Positions 25,301-40,390 of a DNA stretch of 64,000 bases are shown piece by piece (positions within the stretch are counted from its first letter, which is position 1; every line of letters starts with the position of its first letter). The stretch is from Octopus vulgaris (taxonomy: Eukaryota). Below the pieces are notes generated by a model that was not told the origin of the DNA, made no database searches, and worked only from the letters and a program-made list of their open reading frames with translations. Where the stretch lies: assembly GCA_951406725.2 (NCBI GenBank), contig OX597840.1, forward strand, positions 21,142,001 through 21,206,000, in the 5' to 3' direction. The position numbers and the translations under genes were made by a program.

Positions 25301-28300
25301 TCATCATCATTTAACGTCCGCTTTCCATGTTTTTACGTGCCACTGGCACAGGAGCCAGAGCAGGCTGGCAAACGGCCACGATCGGTTGGTGCTTTTATGT
25401 GTCACCGACACGGACACCAGTCAGGCGGTGCTGGCATCTGCCATGTTCGGACGGTGCTTTTTACATGTCACCGGCATGGGTGTCTTAACTGCTGTTAGAA
25501 ATATTTTCAGCATATCCAGAAAATATATCCACCCGTCCATCTGTGCCCACTACTCTTTGAAGGTTCATTGAGCTTGGAGTCCTCAGACACCCCCATAAGG
25601 TCACATCAGAAGCAATCTGTCGTTACACTTTTGAATTGGATTCCCAGGCATGACCGACTGAGACTGTGGATGTCATCCAACCATCTCCATCCTATCCTTC
25701 TCCACCCACCTAGATCAGCTGCCAGTTGGATTGGCTTGAAGAATTTGGTTTGTGAGTCTTTCTTGCAACATTTCAATCACATTCTCAGTGCAGCGAAGAA
25801 GCACCTCAACCTGGAGAGACTCCCAGATCTCCAAGCCATATGTATCATCATCATCATCATCATACCCTTCGTTTTATTGTCATAAGTGTTGCCTCATTCA
25901 CATCACTTTGTATCTCGTATAACTTTGATTTTAACTTTATTCGGTTACGTTCAATTTTGTTGAGCACTTTGTGAACCTTGCATGGAAATATTCTTGTAGT
26001 TGAGAAATGTTTTTTTAGACTTACACACACAAATATATACACACATTTGGTTGTGTGCATCTTTAAAGACACGTGTAGAAAATAATCAAGCACACACACA
26101 CACACACACGATATACTAAAGAGACATGTTCACACAGAACATAAGTGGTTACAGCCCTACTGATTGGGCCCTGTAAAGAGTACACATATGCACATGCATG
26201 AATACATGTGCACACACATACACACGCAATCACATTCACACACATCCATACAGTTGCATGCACATACACACACACTTGCAGATATACATGTGCACTCACG
26301 CATGTGTGTGTGTGCATTCTCTTTGAGAACTGAATCTTGTGTCTACAGTTTTTGTTTTTCCCTTTTTCAAGAATGAAATATTGGTCCTGCTGTGAAATTA
26401 AGACATCAGATTTCTCATCTTTCCTCAACCAACCAGGGTGCAAAATTGGCAAACATTTGTGGAAGAAGAAAACGGTCAGTATTAACCCAACCTGTGTGTG
26501 TGTGTGTGTCTTTCATGAAGGAAAAGTGTTGTTGTGGAGTGCTGTAGGCCTGTCCCACATGTGGTGGTGTGGGGTGCTGTAGCTCTGTCCCACATGTACT
26601 CACCCTGATTTTGTGAACCAGTTTTTATTTCCCCGATCATTGCTGCCATTATAATCTTCATCACCATCATGTTCACCCTTCCTGTTGCCAACCACTTTGC
26701 AGAGTGGACTGAGTGTTCTTGGCACCAGCTCTGATGCTTTGTGCTGTGATGCCTAGTGTTCAGGTCATGAGAATTCTTTCACGAATGCTCTTTACACATT
26801 CGTGAGATGGTTGTGATCTGTAAACAGTTTTGAGTGGGGACAGGGAAAAAGAAGTATGGACCCCCGATGTGTGCATGTGTACCCTGGATTTGGAGAAAAG
26901 AAGAGGAGAATAAAAGCACAGTGTGCATGTCAAAATAAAATGGAAGGGAAGTGATTTGATGGTCTACGGTTTTCTTGTTGTATAAACTTTCGTCAGAATG
27001 TGAATTTTTCTTTTTCCTGGATATCACAAAACTATAAATAACAGCATGTAAATCCTGGTTTGAAAATCTCTTTTGGAATGAAAGAGTCAAAGGTTTCCCA
27101 TGGGGCTTTAGCCCACGTCCCCTGCAGATACGATAGCCATAGAAACCATGCTAAAGTAGAGAGTGGAGCTTGGCATAGACCCCCTGGCATGCCAGCTTCC
27201 ATCAAACCAGCTGTTCCCATGCCAGCATGGAAAATGGATGTTAAGTGATGATGATAACGACATAGGGCTTAACGACCACAGAGATAATTGGTTCCACCCC
27301 CCAGACTCTCGTTGCTATTTTGAGATCCTCATCTTCAGCATGTTATGGTACACCAATCAATAAATCTGTCATTTTTTTCTCTTCTCTGTTGTAGGTTGAT
27401 GGCAAGACCTGCCGCTTCGACTGGCACCAGACTGGCTCCACTGTTACACTGACCATTTATGCCAAGTTAGTTGTACCGAAAGAATCTTATGTTGAAGTCA
27501 ATCAAGTGACGTGTGACATCTACCTCAAGTACGATGCCGGAAAGTTTGCATTTGAGAAGAAGCTAGTCTTGTGTGGTGTGAGTACAGTTTCTCTTTGGCA
27601 TCCGCTTGTTCTATCATTGACCTGTAACAGTTAAACATGTATTGAGATGCTTAGATATATATATATATAGGCGTAGGAGTGGCTGTGTCGTAAGTAGCTT
27701 GCTTACTAACCACATAGTTTCGGGTTCAGTCCCACTGCATGGCACCTTGGGCAAGTGTTTTTTACTAAAGCCTCGGGCAGAACAAAGCCTTGTGAGTGGA
27801 TTTGGTAGACGGAAACTGAAAGAAGCCCGTTGTGTCTATTATGTGTATATATATATATATATATACTGCCAGATCTGACTGGGCCTGATGAAGCCTTCTG
27901 GCTTCACAGACCCCAGTTGAACTGTCCAACCCATGGTAGCATGGAAAACGGACGCTAAACGATGATGAAGATGATGATACATATATGTTTGTGTGTCTGT
28001 GTTTGTCTCCCCACCATCACTTGACAATCGATGTTGGTGTGTTTACATCCCTGTAATTTAGTGGTTTGGCAAAAGAGTCCAATAGAATAAGTACTAGGCT
28101 TACAAAGAGTAAGTCTTGGGGTCGATTTGCTTGACTAAAGGCGGTGCTCCAGCATGGCTGAAATAAATAAAAGAATATGTGTGTGTGTACTCACATATAT
28201 ATGTATAGGCCTTGTAAGCATATATTTATACACCCATGTATATGTACACTGGTCTTTTCAAAAATCCTGTTACGCTCTTAATGAAGGACTCAACAATAGT

Positions 28301-28707
28301 TTTGATGCAGTGAGACACGTTTTTACTGTTTTAACATATAAACATGTTTTTAAATATTAACATTATTCAATGTGACCACCCTCAGTGGCGAGACCTGAAG
28401 GCTGCGCACACACACTGTGGACGAAGTCCTTCTTCAGGCTGACCCCCACACATGGTTGATGGAGGACTTCAGCTCATTAATGGTGCTGTGACGGACCTTG
28501 CTGTTGATATGCACCCCACACGCTGTACTTGAGGCGGTTGTGCAACTGCAGTGGCCAAAAGTCCTTTGACCCCAACCACTCTTGCATGGCCCCTTGGCCA
28601 TGTCGGCTGGGGCACTGTCTGGCTGAAAGGCGTACTTCACCTTCTTTGTGATCTTTCTCACCCAAGAAATCCTAAATTTCACTCCTAGGCTATTAATGTG
28701 GTTCTGA

Positions 28708-28760
<53 letters not shown>

Positions 28761-28979
28761 GGTAGTGCATCAGCATGGCTGCAGCTCTGAACTGAAACTT
28801 AAAAAAAAATATATATATATATATATGTATATATATGTATGAATATATGTATGTATATATGTATGTATATATATATGTGTATGAATATATGTGTGTGTAT
28901 GAATATATGTGTGTGTATGTATATATGTGTGTATGTATATATATATATGTGTGTTTGTGTATATATGTGTGTATGTATG

Positions 28980-29010
<31 letters not shown>

Positions 29011-29306
29011 TTGTATATATATGTGTGTGTATATATATTGCTGATATTTTGAAATCATTTAATACATGTTTTAGGTTTATATATATAACAGGAAATGGTT
29101 TTATTATGTAAAGTCTTTCTCCGTTACAACATTTCCAAATATATTAAATATATCAAATGTATGGCTATGTCAATTTTTCTTCCTTTTTCCAGATCATTGA
29201 CCCACTGCAAAGTGCAGTGGAGATGTCTGAGAAAAAAGTTGAGATCAAACTGCACAAAGCTGATTCTTCCGGCTGGGAAAACCTTGAACTGAAAGCCAAA
29301 TCTTAA
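11334..29306 (+). CDS. CHORDC1: Cysteine and histidine-rich domain-containing protein 1 (CHORDC1/CHP-1/morgana), Hsp90 co-chaperone; 9 coding exons, 303 aa
   Basis: Join 11334-11394, 15554-15660, 17461-17532, 18343-18487, 21738-21793, 23973-24043, 26372-26474, 27395-27577, 29193-29306 gives 912 nt, one ORF, all introns GT-AG. It encodes CHORD-I ([31 protein letters not shown]), CHORD-II (CANACCG..CKYHPG..FHEGMKYWSCC..GCKIGKH) and a CS domain ([18 protein letters not shown]), with no acidic melusin-type tail. Confidence 0.95.
11490..12010. repeat. AT-rich compound minisatellite in CHORDC1 intron 1
   Basis: Recurrent atgtttatataaacgtgtgtata and ttgtgtgtttctatacacgtgt units. Confidence 0.85.
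13765..14120 (-). mobile_element. CR1 LINE 3' end fragment
   Basis: [47 protein letters not shown], then a short UTR and (ATT)n tail. Confidence 0.85.
15554..15660 (+). CDS. CHORDC1: CHORDC1 exon 2 ([36 protein letters not shown])
   Basis: aag| acceptor, |gtaagt donor, phase 1 in and 0 out, CHORD-I core. Confidence 0.95.
15868..16012. repeat. 35-bp minisatellite, about 4.1 copies
   Basis: aatttgatggggctgggttcagaaaggccctcaca x4 with one substitution. Confidence 0.95.
16085..16306. mobile_element. piggyBac-type MITE (222 bp)
   Basis: TTAA|CCCTTTCGTGAC ... GTAACGAAAGGG|TTAA: 11/12 TIR match and TTAA target duplication. Confidence 0.85.
16390..17110 (-). mobile_element. Internally deleted DNA transposase remnant, probably Chapaev3 (CMC)
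   Basis: Minus strand [30 protein letters not shown] and [30 protein letters not shown]; family assignment is from memory. Confidence 0.65.
17461..17532 (+). CDS. CHORDC1: CHORDC1 exon 3 ([24 protein letters not shown])
   Basis: ttttag| acceptor, |gtaagt donor; GCxxGRHN end of CHORD-I. Confidence 0.93.
18343..18487 (+). CDS. CHORDC1: CHORDC1 exon 4, linker ([14 protein letters not shown]...LNLQQNET)
   Basis: ttattcag| acceptor, G|gtgaga donor; KRPS..L.I.V..SL linker motif. Confidence 0.9.
19321..19705 (-). mobile_element. Non-autonomous Helitron (385 bp)
   Basis: Minus strand A|TC...GC-rich hairpin...CTAG|T: canonical termini, AT target, no TSD. Confidence 0.8.
21738..21793 (+). CDS. CHORDC1: CHORDC1 exon 5 ([19 protein letters not shown])
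   Basis: Pyrimidine tract plus GAG acceptor, AAG|gtaaga donor; start of CHORD-II. Confidence 0.87.
21950..22215 (+). mobile_element. tRNA-derived SINE with V-domain-like core
   Basis: tRNA head, cttgagcaaaacactt, ctgcgatggactggtgtcccgtccag core, (TTTA)n tail. Confidence 0.7.
23973..24043 (+). CDS. CHORDC1: CHORDC1 exon 6 ([24 protein letters not shown])
   Basis: tttctcag| acceptor, GG|gtaagt donor. Confidence 0.94.
26372..26474 (+). CDS. CHORDC1: CHORDC1 exon 7 ([34 protein letters not shown])
   Basis: tttcaag| acceptor, |gtcagt donor; CHORD-II C-terminal half. Confidence 0.95.
27395..27577 (+). CDS. CHORDC1: CHORDC1 exon 8, CS domain ([24 protein letters not shown]...KKLVLCG)
   Basis: ttgtag| acceptor, |gtgagt donor; DWHQT motif of the CS domain. 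Confidence 0.95.
28245..28690 (-). mobile_element. Tc1/mariner-superfamily transposase C-terminal remnant
   Basis: [36 protein letters not shown] across frameshifts. Confidence 0.7.
29193..29306 (+). CDS. CHORDC1: CHORDC1 last exon ([37 protein letters not shown])
   Basis: tttttccag| acceptor; KVEIxLxKA..W..LE motif; TAA at 29304-29306. Confidence 0.95.
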   Translation: MIDPLQSAVEMSEKKVEIKLHKADSSGWENLELKAKS

Positions 29307-29719
29307 AAGCCTACCAAATGCCCACCAGGTGGCCTCATCCATCCATGCTGTTTGTATGTTGACCATTTCATCTTCAGCATCCACCTCAATCACACCTACC
29401 TCTTCTTTTGCTCTTAAACAGCTAAAAACCACAGAGTGAAAAATATGCAAACTTTCCACCCTTTCACAACCACCGATTTAATTTCTTGTGTCCCCTTTGT
29501 CCCCAAAGCAGACTTTCTTTAACTGTGGACCTTTCCAGTTAAACGGTTTCCATGGAAATCCTCTGCATGCTTAGTAATGGACATTTTACGAATGTCTTTT
29601 TTTACTTTTTTTTTTCTCCTCCCCCCATTTGAAATCTTTCCTATAAAAAAAAAAAAAAAAAAAAATTGTTGATTTCTAACTGAAGAAACAAAACTCCATC
29701 ATTTTAATTTCAGGCAACA

Positions 29720-29725
29720 AATAAA
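29720..29725 (+). terminator. Likely CHORDC1 polyadenylation signal
   Basis: AATAAA about 415 nt after the stop, followed by T/GT-rich sequence. Confidence 0.55.
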
Positions 29726-31079
29726 GTATTTCATGTGAAAAAATCTTGCATATTTTTTGCTTCGTGGCCAAACAGAATCAATTTACATTCACGTGCCCCT
29801 TATTGTTAGCTGGTCTTTTTTTTTTTTGCTTTTTAATAGATCCTTTTTTTTTGTTATGTCATGGTACTACTTACTGTATCAACCTGACTACTGGATGTTA
29901 CACATCACTGGTCACAGTGCACTTTGTTGCTTTAGGACGATACCACTCTACTGGCGAGGCAGGCGTGCCGACATTTGGCATGAACGAAATGCCAGTCTGT
30001 CACAGGTTTACCCATTTTGCAGCTGAGTTAACTGAAGTGATGTGAATTGAAACATTATGCTTAAGAACACAAGAGATCTGCTCTGGGCAGTGAATTATAA
30101 AATGCTCCAATGATTATGTGAAGGTGCATGGCCAGGCCAACTCAAATTACATTGTGGGCCACTTGGATACTTTATGCACAAAGAGTCAAATTATCTAGAA
30201 TTTTTCCCTGCTTTCCATTTGTTTAAAATCATAAAATTGTAGGCTTTTTGCTTTATTGCCACTTACTCTTTTACTTGTTTCAGTCATTTGACTGTGGCCA
30301 TGCTGGAGCACTGCCTTTAGTCGAGCAAATCGACCCCAGGACTTATTCTTTGTAAGCCTAGTACTTATTCTAACAGTCTCTTTTGCCAAACCGCTAAGTT
30401 ACGGAGACATAAACACACCAGCATCGGTTGTCAGGCGATGTTGGGAGGACAAACACAGACACACATGTACACACAAACATATATATATATATATATATAT
30501 ATACGACGGGCTTCTTTCAGTTTCCATCTACCAAATCCACTCACAAGGCTTTGGTCAGCCTGAGGCTATAGTAGAAGACACTTGCCCAAGGTGCCATGCA
30601 GTGGGACTGAACCCGGAACCATGTGGTCAGTAAGCAAGCTACTTACCACACAGCCACTCCTACGTCTTATAAATTTATTTTGAAACAAAAGAACACAAAA
30701 ACAATTTTATTTTGAAATTAAACAGAATACTTCAAGAAAGTATGAAGCAGGTCGCGAGATAAAAGTCTGCGGCTGTGGGCTTCAGGTTGGTCAGCCCTGG
30801 CCTAGTGCACTCGTGATTGAAAGATTGTGGTTTCAATTCCTGGACTGGGCAGTGCGTTGTATTCTTGAGCCGAAACACTTCGTTTCACATTCTGTATAGA
30901 AAAGGAAGAAATCAAATGATAAGAAAGAAAGTTGACTTCAGTGGAATTTGAACTCAGAACGTAAAGACGGACGAAATACCACTAGGCATTTCACCAGGCA
31001 TGCTAACGATTCTGCCAGCTCGCCACCTTATTAATAATAATAATAATAATAATAATTGCAATGATAAAAAACCAACAGC

Positions 31080-31998
31080 AAATCAAATCTGATACGTTTA
31101 TTTCTTTAAAAAATGTTATAAAAGGGTTTGTTGTTTTTACAACATATGAAGACAATGCCACCCCACCTGTGGACGAAATACCCTTAACAAAACGGAGCGA
31201 GAAAAAAAAAAAAAAAAATTCCAGTGTTCAATAAACAGTGTCACAGCATTATTACCTTTTTTATCCCTTTTTTTTTTCAAATTATTTTTTTTGTTTTTTT
31301 CTTTAGTCATTGAATTTAAAAAAAAACAAACCAACCAAAACAAATTTGAACTGACAAAGCAGTGTAAACACAGCTACTCTAAACGATTTAAGGTGCTGGG
31401 TAGCTACTGTTTCCCACCCACCCCCACGATAAACACACTAGGGGAGGAGAAAACGGGGGGGTAGTTTTTGCAGACAATCCCTCCCCCCCTTTTTCCCTCC
31501 TTACCCCGTACATTCTCTACGTGCAAGGGGAAACTTACTTTCACTTCTTGCCGTTCATGGTGGGTGTTCTCACTTTGGACTCTAGGTGCACGCTAGTTAA
31601 CACCTAACCCCAATCCCCCCTCCCCATCCATTCCCATATGCTAGGTGTAGCACCCTGCAGGAGCCGGGTGGCCACTTCCCCCCCCCCCAACCCGAGCTGC
31701 CCCTAAAACCCTTCCCGTTTATAAAACACTACAACAAAGCAAGCCTCCACCCACCCAACACAAGTCTTCTCCCATCAATAACAATATTTACATGGCACTG
31801 TGTGAAACACGATGCTCAGATGTCGCTCTGTGACACTCATGGCACACTCCTCCTTATACCAACACTCTGCGTTTCCTTTCCAGCTCTTCCCAAACTGCAA
31901 AGAGTTCAAAACAGCCGACCAACAAACGTTCAGTGCATCCTTAACTCTTTCAATGAATGACAGCCACATCTTCCCTTAAGGATCGTGCTGTCTGTCCC
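31080..31998 (-). other. Candidate terminal exon and 3'UTR of the minus-strand gene
   Basis: Strong acceptor ccattcccttctctgctgtcag| at 31999; repeat-free UTR-like sequence; AATAAA (minus) at 31097-31102 followed by a GT-rich element. Confidence 0.5.
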
Positions 31999-33579
31999 CT
32001 GACAGCAGAGAAGGGAATGGAATTGAGTTTACACATCTTCGTCAAACACACAAGCTAGACTGAGTGTCACCACACACACACACACACATTTCAGCAGATT
32101 TTTTTTATTCATTTTAATTTTTTAAATATTTTTTGTTTTTTTCTTTCTTTGTAATGGAAAAATGAAATGACTCCCTGAAGTTATTTACAGCCAAAAGGTA
32201 ACAATCTGGACCTGATCTTTTAAGTAACGAATTGTGCTCCCATAAAGAAGAACTGATAGTCTTTAACCGATCAGGGATTGCGTTAAAAGGAGAAGACCCC
32301 AATACAAAGACACCTTGCAGTAAGACCTTACTTAATTCATTCCACGACCGACCTTGTTTCACTAATTAATTTTCTCCATTGAAATTAGCTAAAATTAATC
32401 TGTTCCAGTCCAACCCCAAAAAATCACTCAAAATTAATTTTTTATCGCTTTTTAAAACAAAAGGTGAAGTTACAAGTAAAATGACAATCATTAAAAAAGA
32501 GAAAGCAAAAGAAATATGGAAACTGGTTTTCTTAACTGAATCCCCTTAAAGATGGCACGTTTTGTGTGGTTCGTGCTGCGCATTTCTACTTGTCCTTCAA
32601 GACAAAAATTTGCATGAGTCTCGGCTCGTGCAGCCAATTACTCGTATTTCTATTTTGCTAATCTTGTGCAGGAACTAAAGTTCTTTACTCAATAACTTAT
32701 ATCTGCCTATCTAAAGTGAGGCAAATGAGACACACACCTTGTTATGTCGCACGTTCGGATGCCTCTACTCAACTCTCCACTCCTCTCTAGTCTACTCAAC
32801 TGTTCTCTGACGACGTCTACACTTCCCCCTCCATATCTACGTATTGGGCTAGCCTACTTCATCATCCGGGGGTGTCCACACAACACACCCCCTGGATAGC
32901 AATGCTTGCCCGACATAGTTTTCCCGCTGAATCCTGGCCTGTTGCAGGTGGTTTTACTTGCAAGAGAAACTAGAATTACCACCTGCAAGTTAATGTACCA
33001 AAACCTTCTTGTTAATAATAATAATAATAATACTGAATTCAATCATAGTGGTACCCACTTACAACTAAGCAGACTGTGCCACTGGGTATTAAGTCTTGTG
33101 GTTATAAACTTAATGCGGAGTTAAAGACAGAACTACTGAACTCCGAGTTGGTGCTGGGTCCTGTTCACTTACAATTGCATTGGATGTCTCTGTGTGTGTA
33201 TATCTTTATTCTTTTACTTGTTTCAGTCATTTGACTGGCCGTGCTGGAGCACCACCTTTAGTCAAACGAATCGACCCCAGGACACTTATTCTTTGTAAGC
33301 CTAGTACTTATTCAATTGGTCTCTTTTGCTGAACTGCTAAGTTACGGAACGTAAACACACCAGCATCGGTTGTCAAGTGATGGTGGTGGTGGGGACTAAC
33401 ACAGGCACACATACAGAGATGACAGGCTTCTTTCAGTTTCCGTCGACCAAATCCACTCACAAGCCTTTGGTTGGCCTCAGGCTATAGTAGAAGACACTTG
33501 CCCAAGGTTCCACGCAGTGGGACTGAACCCAGATTGGGAAGCAGCCACACAGCCACACCTGAGCCTCTGTGTGTGTGTA

Positions 33580-33757
33580 AATATATATATATATATACAC
33601 ATATATATATATATACACATACATATAAACATATATACATACATATACACATATATACATACATATACACATATATATACACATATATATATACATACAT
33701 ACATATACACATATATATACATACATATACACATATATATATACATACATATACACA

Positions 33758-33791
<34 letters not shown>

Positions 33792-34092
33792 CATATATAT
33801 ATACATATACACATATATATATATACATACATATACACATATATATACACATATATATATATACATACATATACACATATATATATATACATACATATAC
33901 ACATATATATATATATACACATATATATATACACATATACACATATATATATATATACACATATACACATATATATACATATACACATATATATACATAT
34001 ACACATATATATACATACACACACATATATATATATACATACATATACACATATATATATATATGTGTATATGTATATATATATATACGTAC
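33580..34092. repeat. (TA)n/(TACA)n compound microsatellite
   Basis: Directly visible. Confidence 0.95.
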
Positions 34093-34327
34093 ATATTACG
34101 GAGATGTACTTGCATAGCAAGTGATTTGATCTGAGATTGTGTGCTGGAACGCAAACAATTGCAGCGTGGAAGGTGTTTGTAAGCCATTTAAGAAACACAC
34201 AAAAGCCGTTCGATTCACTTCAACATTCAAGTTTTAATTTGTCAAAATATTTTCGTCACTTTAAGACCGCGACCTCTGCACTGACAAAAATCCGTGATGC
34301 ATCTGAGAAAGTAACAGTTAGTAAGTT

Positions 34328-37036
<2,709 letters not shown>

Positions 37037-37947
37037 TACAGGTGGGCTGAGGACAACAACATGCAGTTTAATGCAGGTAAGTTCCAGGCCCTGCGCTACT
37101 GGCACACAAAGGTAAATGACGTGAAGACTGGATACACTGGCCCAGGAAGAATTGCAATCCCTGAGTCAAAATCAGTGCGTGACCTGGGCATTGACATGAG
37201 CAATGATGCATCTTTCCAAATGCATATTGCTAATCTGGTGATAAAATGCAGACGGCTAGCTGGATGGATTCTCCGAACTTTCAGAACAAGAGAGAAGGAG
37301 ACACTGATGGTCCTATGGAAAACATTTGTCCTCAGCCGCTTGGACTACTGCTCCCAACTTTGGTCACCACACAATATAAAACAAACAGCAGAACTCGAAG
37401 CAACTCAGAGAAGCTACACAAAGAAAATCGTCTCAATGCAAAATGTCAGCTACTGGGAAAGACTGAAGGTATTAAACCTCTTCTCCCTGGAGCGGAGGCG
37501 GGAGAGATATGCAGTAATATACATCTGGAAAATCCTGGAGGGTCTTGTCCCAAACTTTGGCATTCAAAGTTACTCCAACCGCAGAACGGGGCGCCGCTGC
37601 GTGGTGCCAAGGATTCCAACATCACCATCAAAATACAGGTCCAGATACTGCAACAGCTTGGGTTTCAGAGGACCACAGCTTTTCAACATCCTCCCTAAAT
37701 GCCTGAGAGACTTACATGGTGTGGATGTGGGTTTCTTTAAAACTAAACTGGATCTCTTCTTGTTGGGAGTCCCAGATGAACCTACCTCACGACAGGAGAC
37801 ACGGATGCGGGCAGCAGCATCGAACTCCCTTGTTGATCAAGTGCCACGTATCAGAGGTGGATTCACAAACTAGTGTGGCTCATTCAGCGGTGGTGCCCCA
37901 GCATGGCCGCGGCCTTCGGGCTAAAACATTTTTAAGGATTTAAGGAT
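37037..37947 (+). mobile_element. 5'-truncated CR1-group LINE: uninterrupted ORF2 C-terminus, 3'UTR and (TTAAGGAT)2 tail
   Basis: About 278 open codons with WAxxNNMQFNxGK, [20 protein letters not shown], [19 protein letters not shown], FNILP, FKTKLD; stop at 37873. Confidence 0.9.
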
Positions 37948-38008
37948 ATATGTATGTATATATATATATATGTATGTATATATATATATGTATGTATATA
38001 TATATATG

Positions 38009-38099
<91 letters not shown>

Positions 38100-38102
38100 A
38101 TA

Positions 38103-38161
<59 letters not shown>

Positions 38162-38228
38162 GTATGTATATATATATATATGTATGTATATATATATATA
38201 TATATGTATGTATATATATATATGTATG

Positions 38229-38287
<59 letters not shown>

Positions 38288-38288
38288 G

Positions 38289-38335
<47 letters not shown>

Positions 38336-38833
38336 GTATATATATATATGTATGTATATATATATATGTATGTATATATATATATATTATATATATATAT
38401 ATATATATGTATGTATATATGTATGTATATATATATGTATATATGTATGTATATATATATATGTATATATGTATGTATATATATATATATGTATGTATAT
38501 ATATATATGTATGTATATATGTATGTATGCATATATGTATGTATGCATATATGTATGTATGCATATATGTATGTATGCATATATGTATGTATGTATATAT
38601 ATATGTATGTATGTATATATATATGTATGTATGTATATATGTATGTATGTATATATGTATGTATGTATATATGTATGTATGTATGTATGTATATATATGT
38701 ATGTATGTATATATATGTATGTATGTATATATATGTATGTATGTATATATATGTATGTATGTATATATATATGTATGTATATGTATGTATGTATGTATGT
38801 ATATATATGTATATATATGTATGTATGTATATG

Positions 38834-38865
<32 letters not shown>

Positions 38866-39013
38866 TATGTATGTATATATATATGTATGTATGTATGTAT
38901 GTATATATATATGTATATATATATGTATGTATGTATATATATATGTATGTATGTATATATATATGTATGTATGTATATATATATGTATGTATGTATATAT
39001 ATATGTATGTATA

Positions 39014-39046
<33 letters not shown>

Positions 39047-39067
39047 ATGTGTGTATATGTATGTGTG

Positions 39068-39105
<38 letters not shown>

Positions 39106-39727
39106 TATGTATGTATATATATATATGTATGTATGTATATATATATGTATGTATGTATGTATGTATATATATATGTATATATGTATGTATGTATATATAT
39201 ATGTATGTATATATATATATATATGTATGTATATATATATATATGTATGTATATATATATATATGTATGTATATATATATATATATGTATGTATATATAT
39301 ATATATATGTATGTATATATATATATATGTATGTATATATATATATATGTATGTATATATATATATATGTATGTATGTATGTATATATATATGTATGTAT
39401 GTATATATATATGTATGTATATATATATGTATGTATATATATATATATATGTATGTATATATATATATATGTATGTATATATATATATATGTATGTATAT
39501 ATATATATATGTATGTATATATATATATGTATGTATATATATATATGTATGTATATATATATATATGTATATATATATGTATATATATATATATGTATGT
39601 ATATATATATATATGTATATATATATGTATGTATATATATATATATATGTATGTATATATATATATATATGTATGTATATATATATATATATATGTATGT
39701 ATATGTATGTATATATATGTATGTATG

Positions 39728-39759
<32 letters not shown>

Positions 39760-39909
39760 TGTATGTATGTATGTACATACATATGTATGTACATATGTAT
39801 GTACGTATGTATGTACGTATGTATGTATGTATATATGTATGTATGTATATATATGTATGTATGTATATATATGTATGTATGTATATATATGTATGTATGT
39901 ATATGTATG

Positions 39910-39950
<41 letters not shown>

Positions 39951-40390
39951 GTATATATGTACGTATGTATATATGTACGTATGTATATATGTACGTATGT
40001 ATATATGTACGTATGTATATATGTACGTATGTACGTATATATGTATGTATGTATGTATGTATATATATGTATATATGTATATGTATGTATGTATATGTAT
40101 GTATGTATGTGTATGTATGTATATATATATATGTATGTATGTATGTGTATGTATGTATGTGTATGTATGTATATATGTATGTATATATATGTATGTATGT
40201 ATGTATGTATATATATATATATGTATGTATGTGTATATATGTATGTATGTGTATGTATGTATGTATGTATGTGTATATATGTATGTGTATATATGTATGT
40301 ATGTGTATGTATGTATATATGTATGTATGTATATATGTATGTATGTATATATATGTATGTATGTATATATATGTATGTGTATGTATGTAT
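37948..40390. repeat. ~2.4-kb (TA)n/(TATG)n compound microsatellite
   Basis: Directly visible. Confidence 0.97.
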
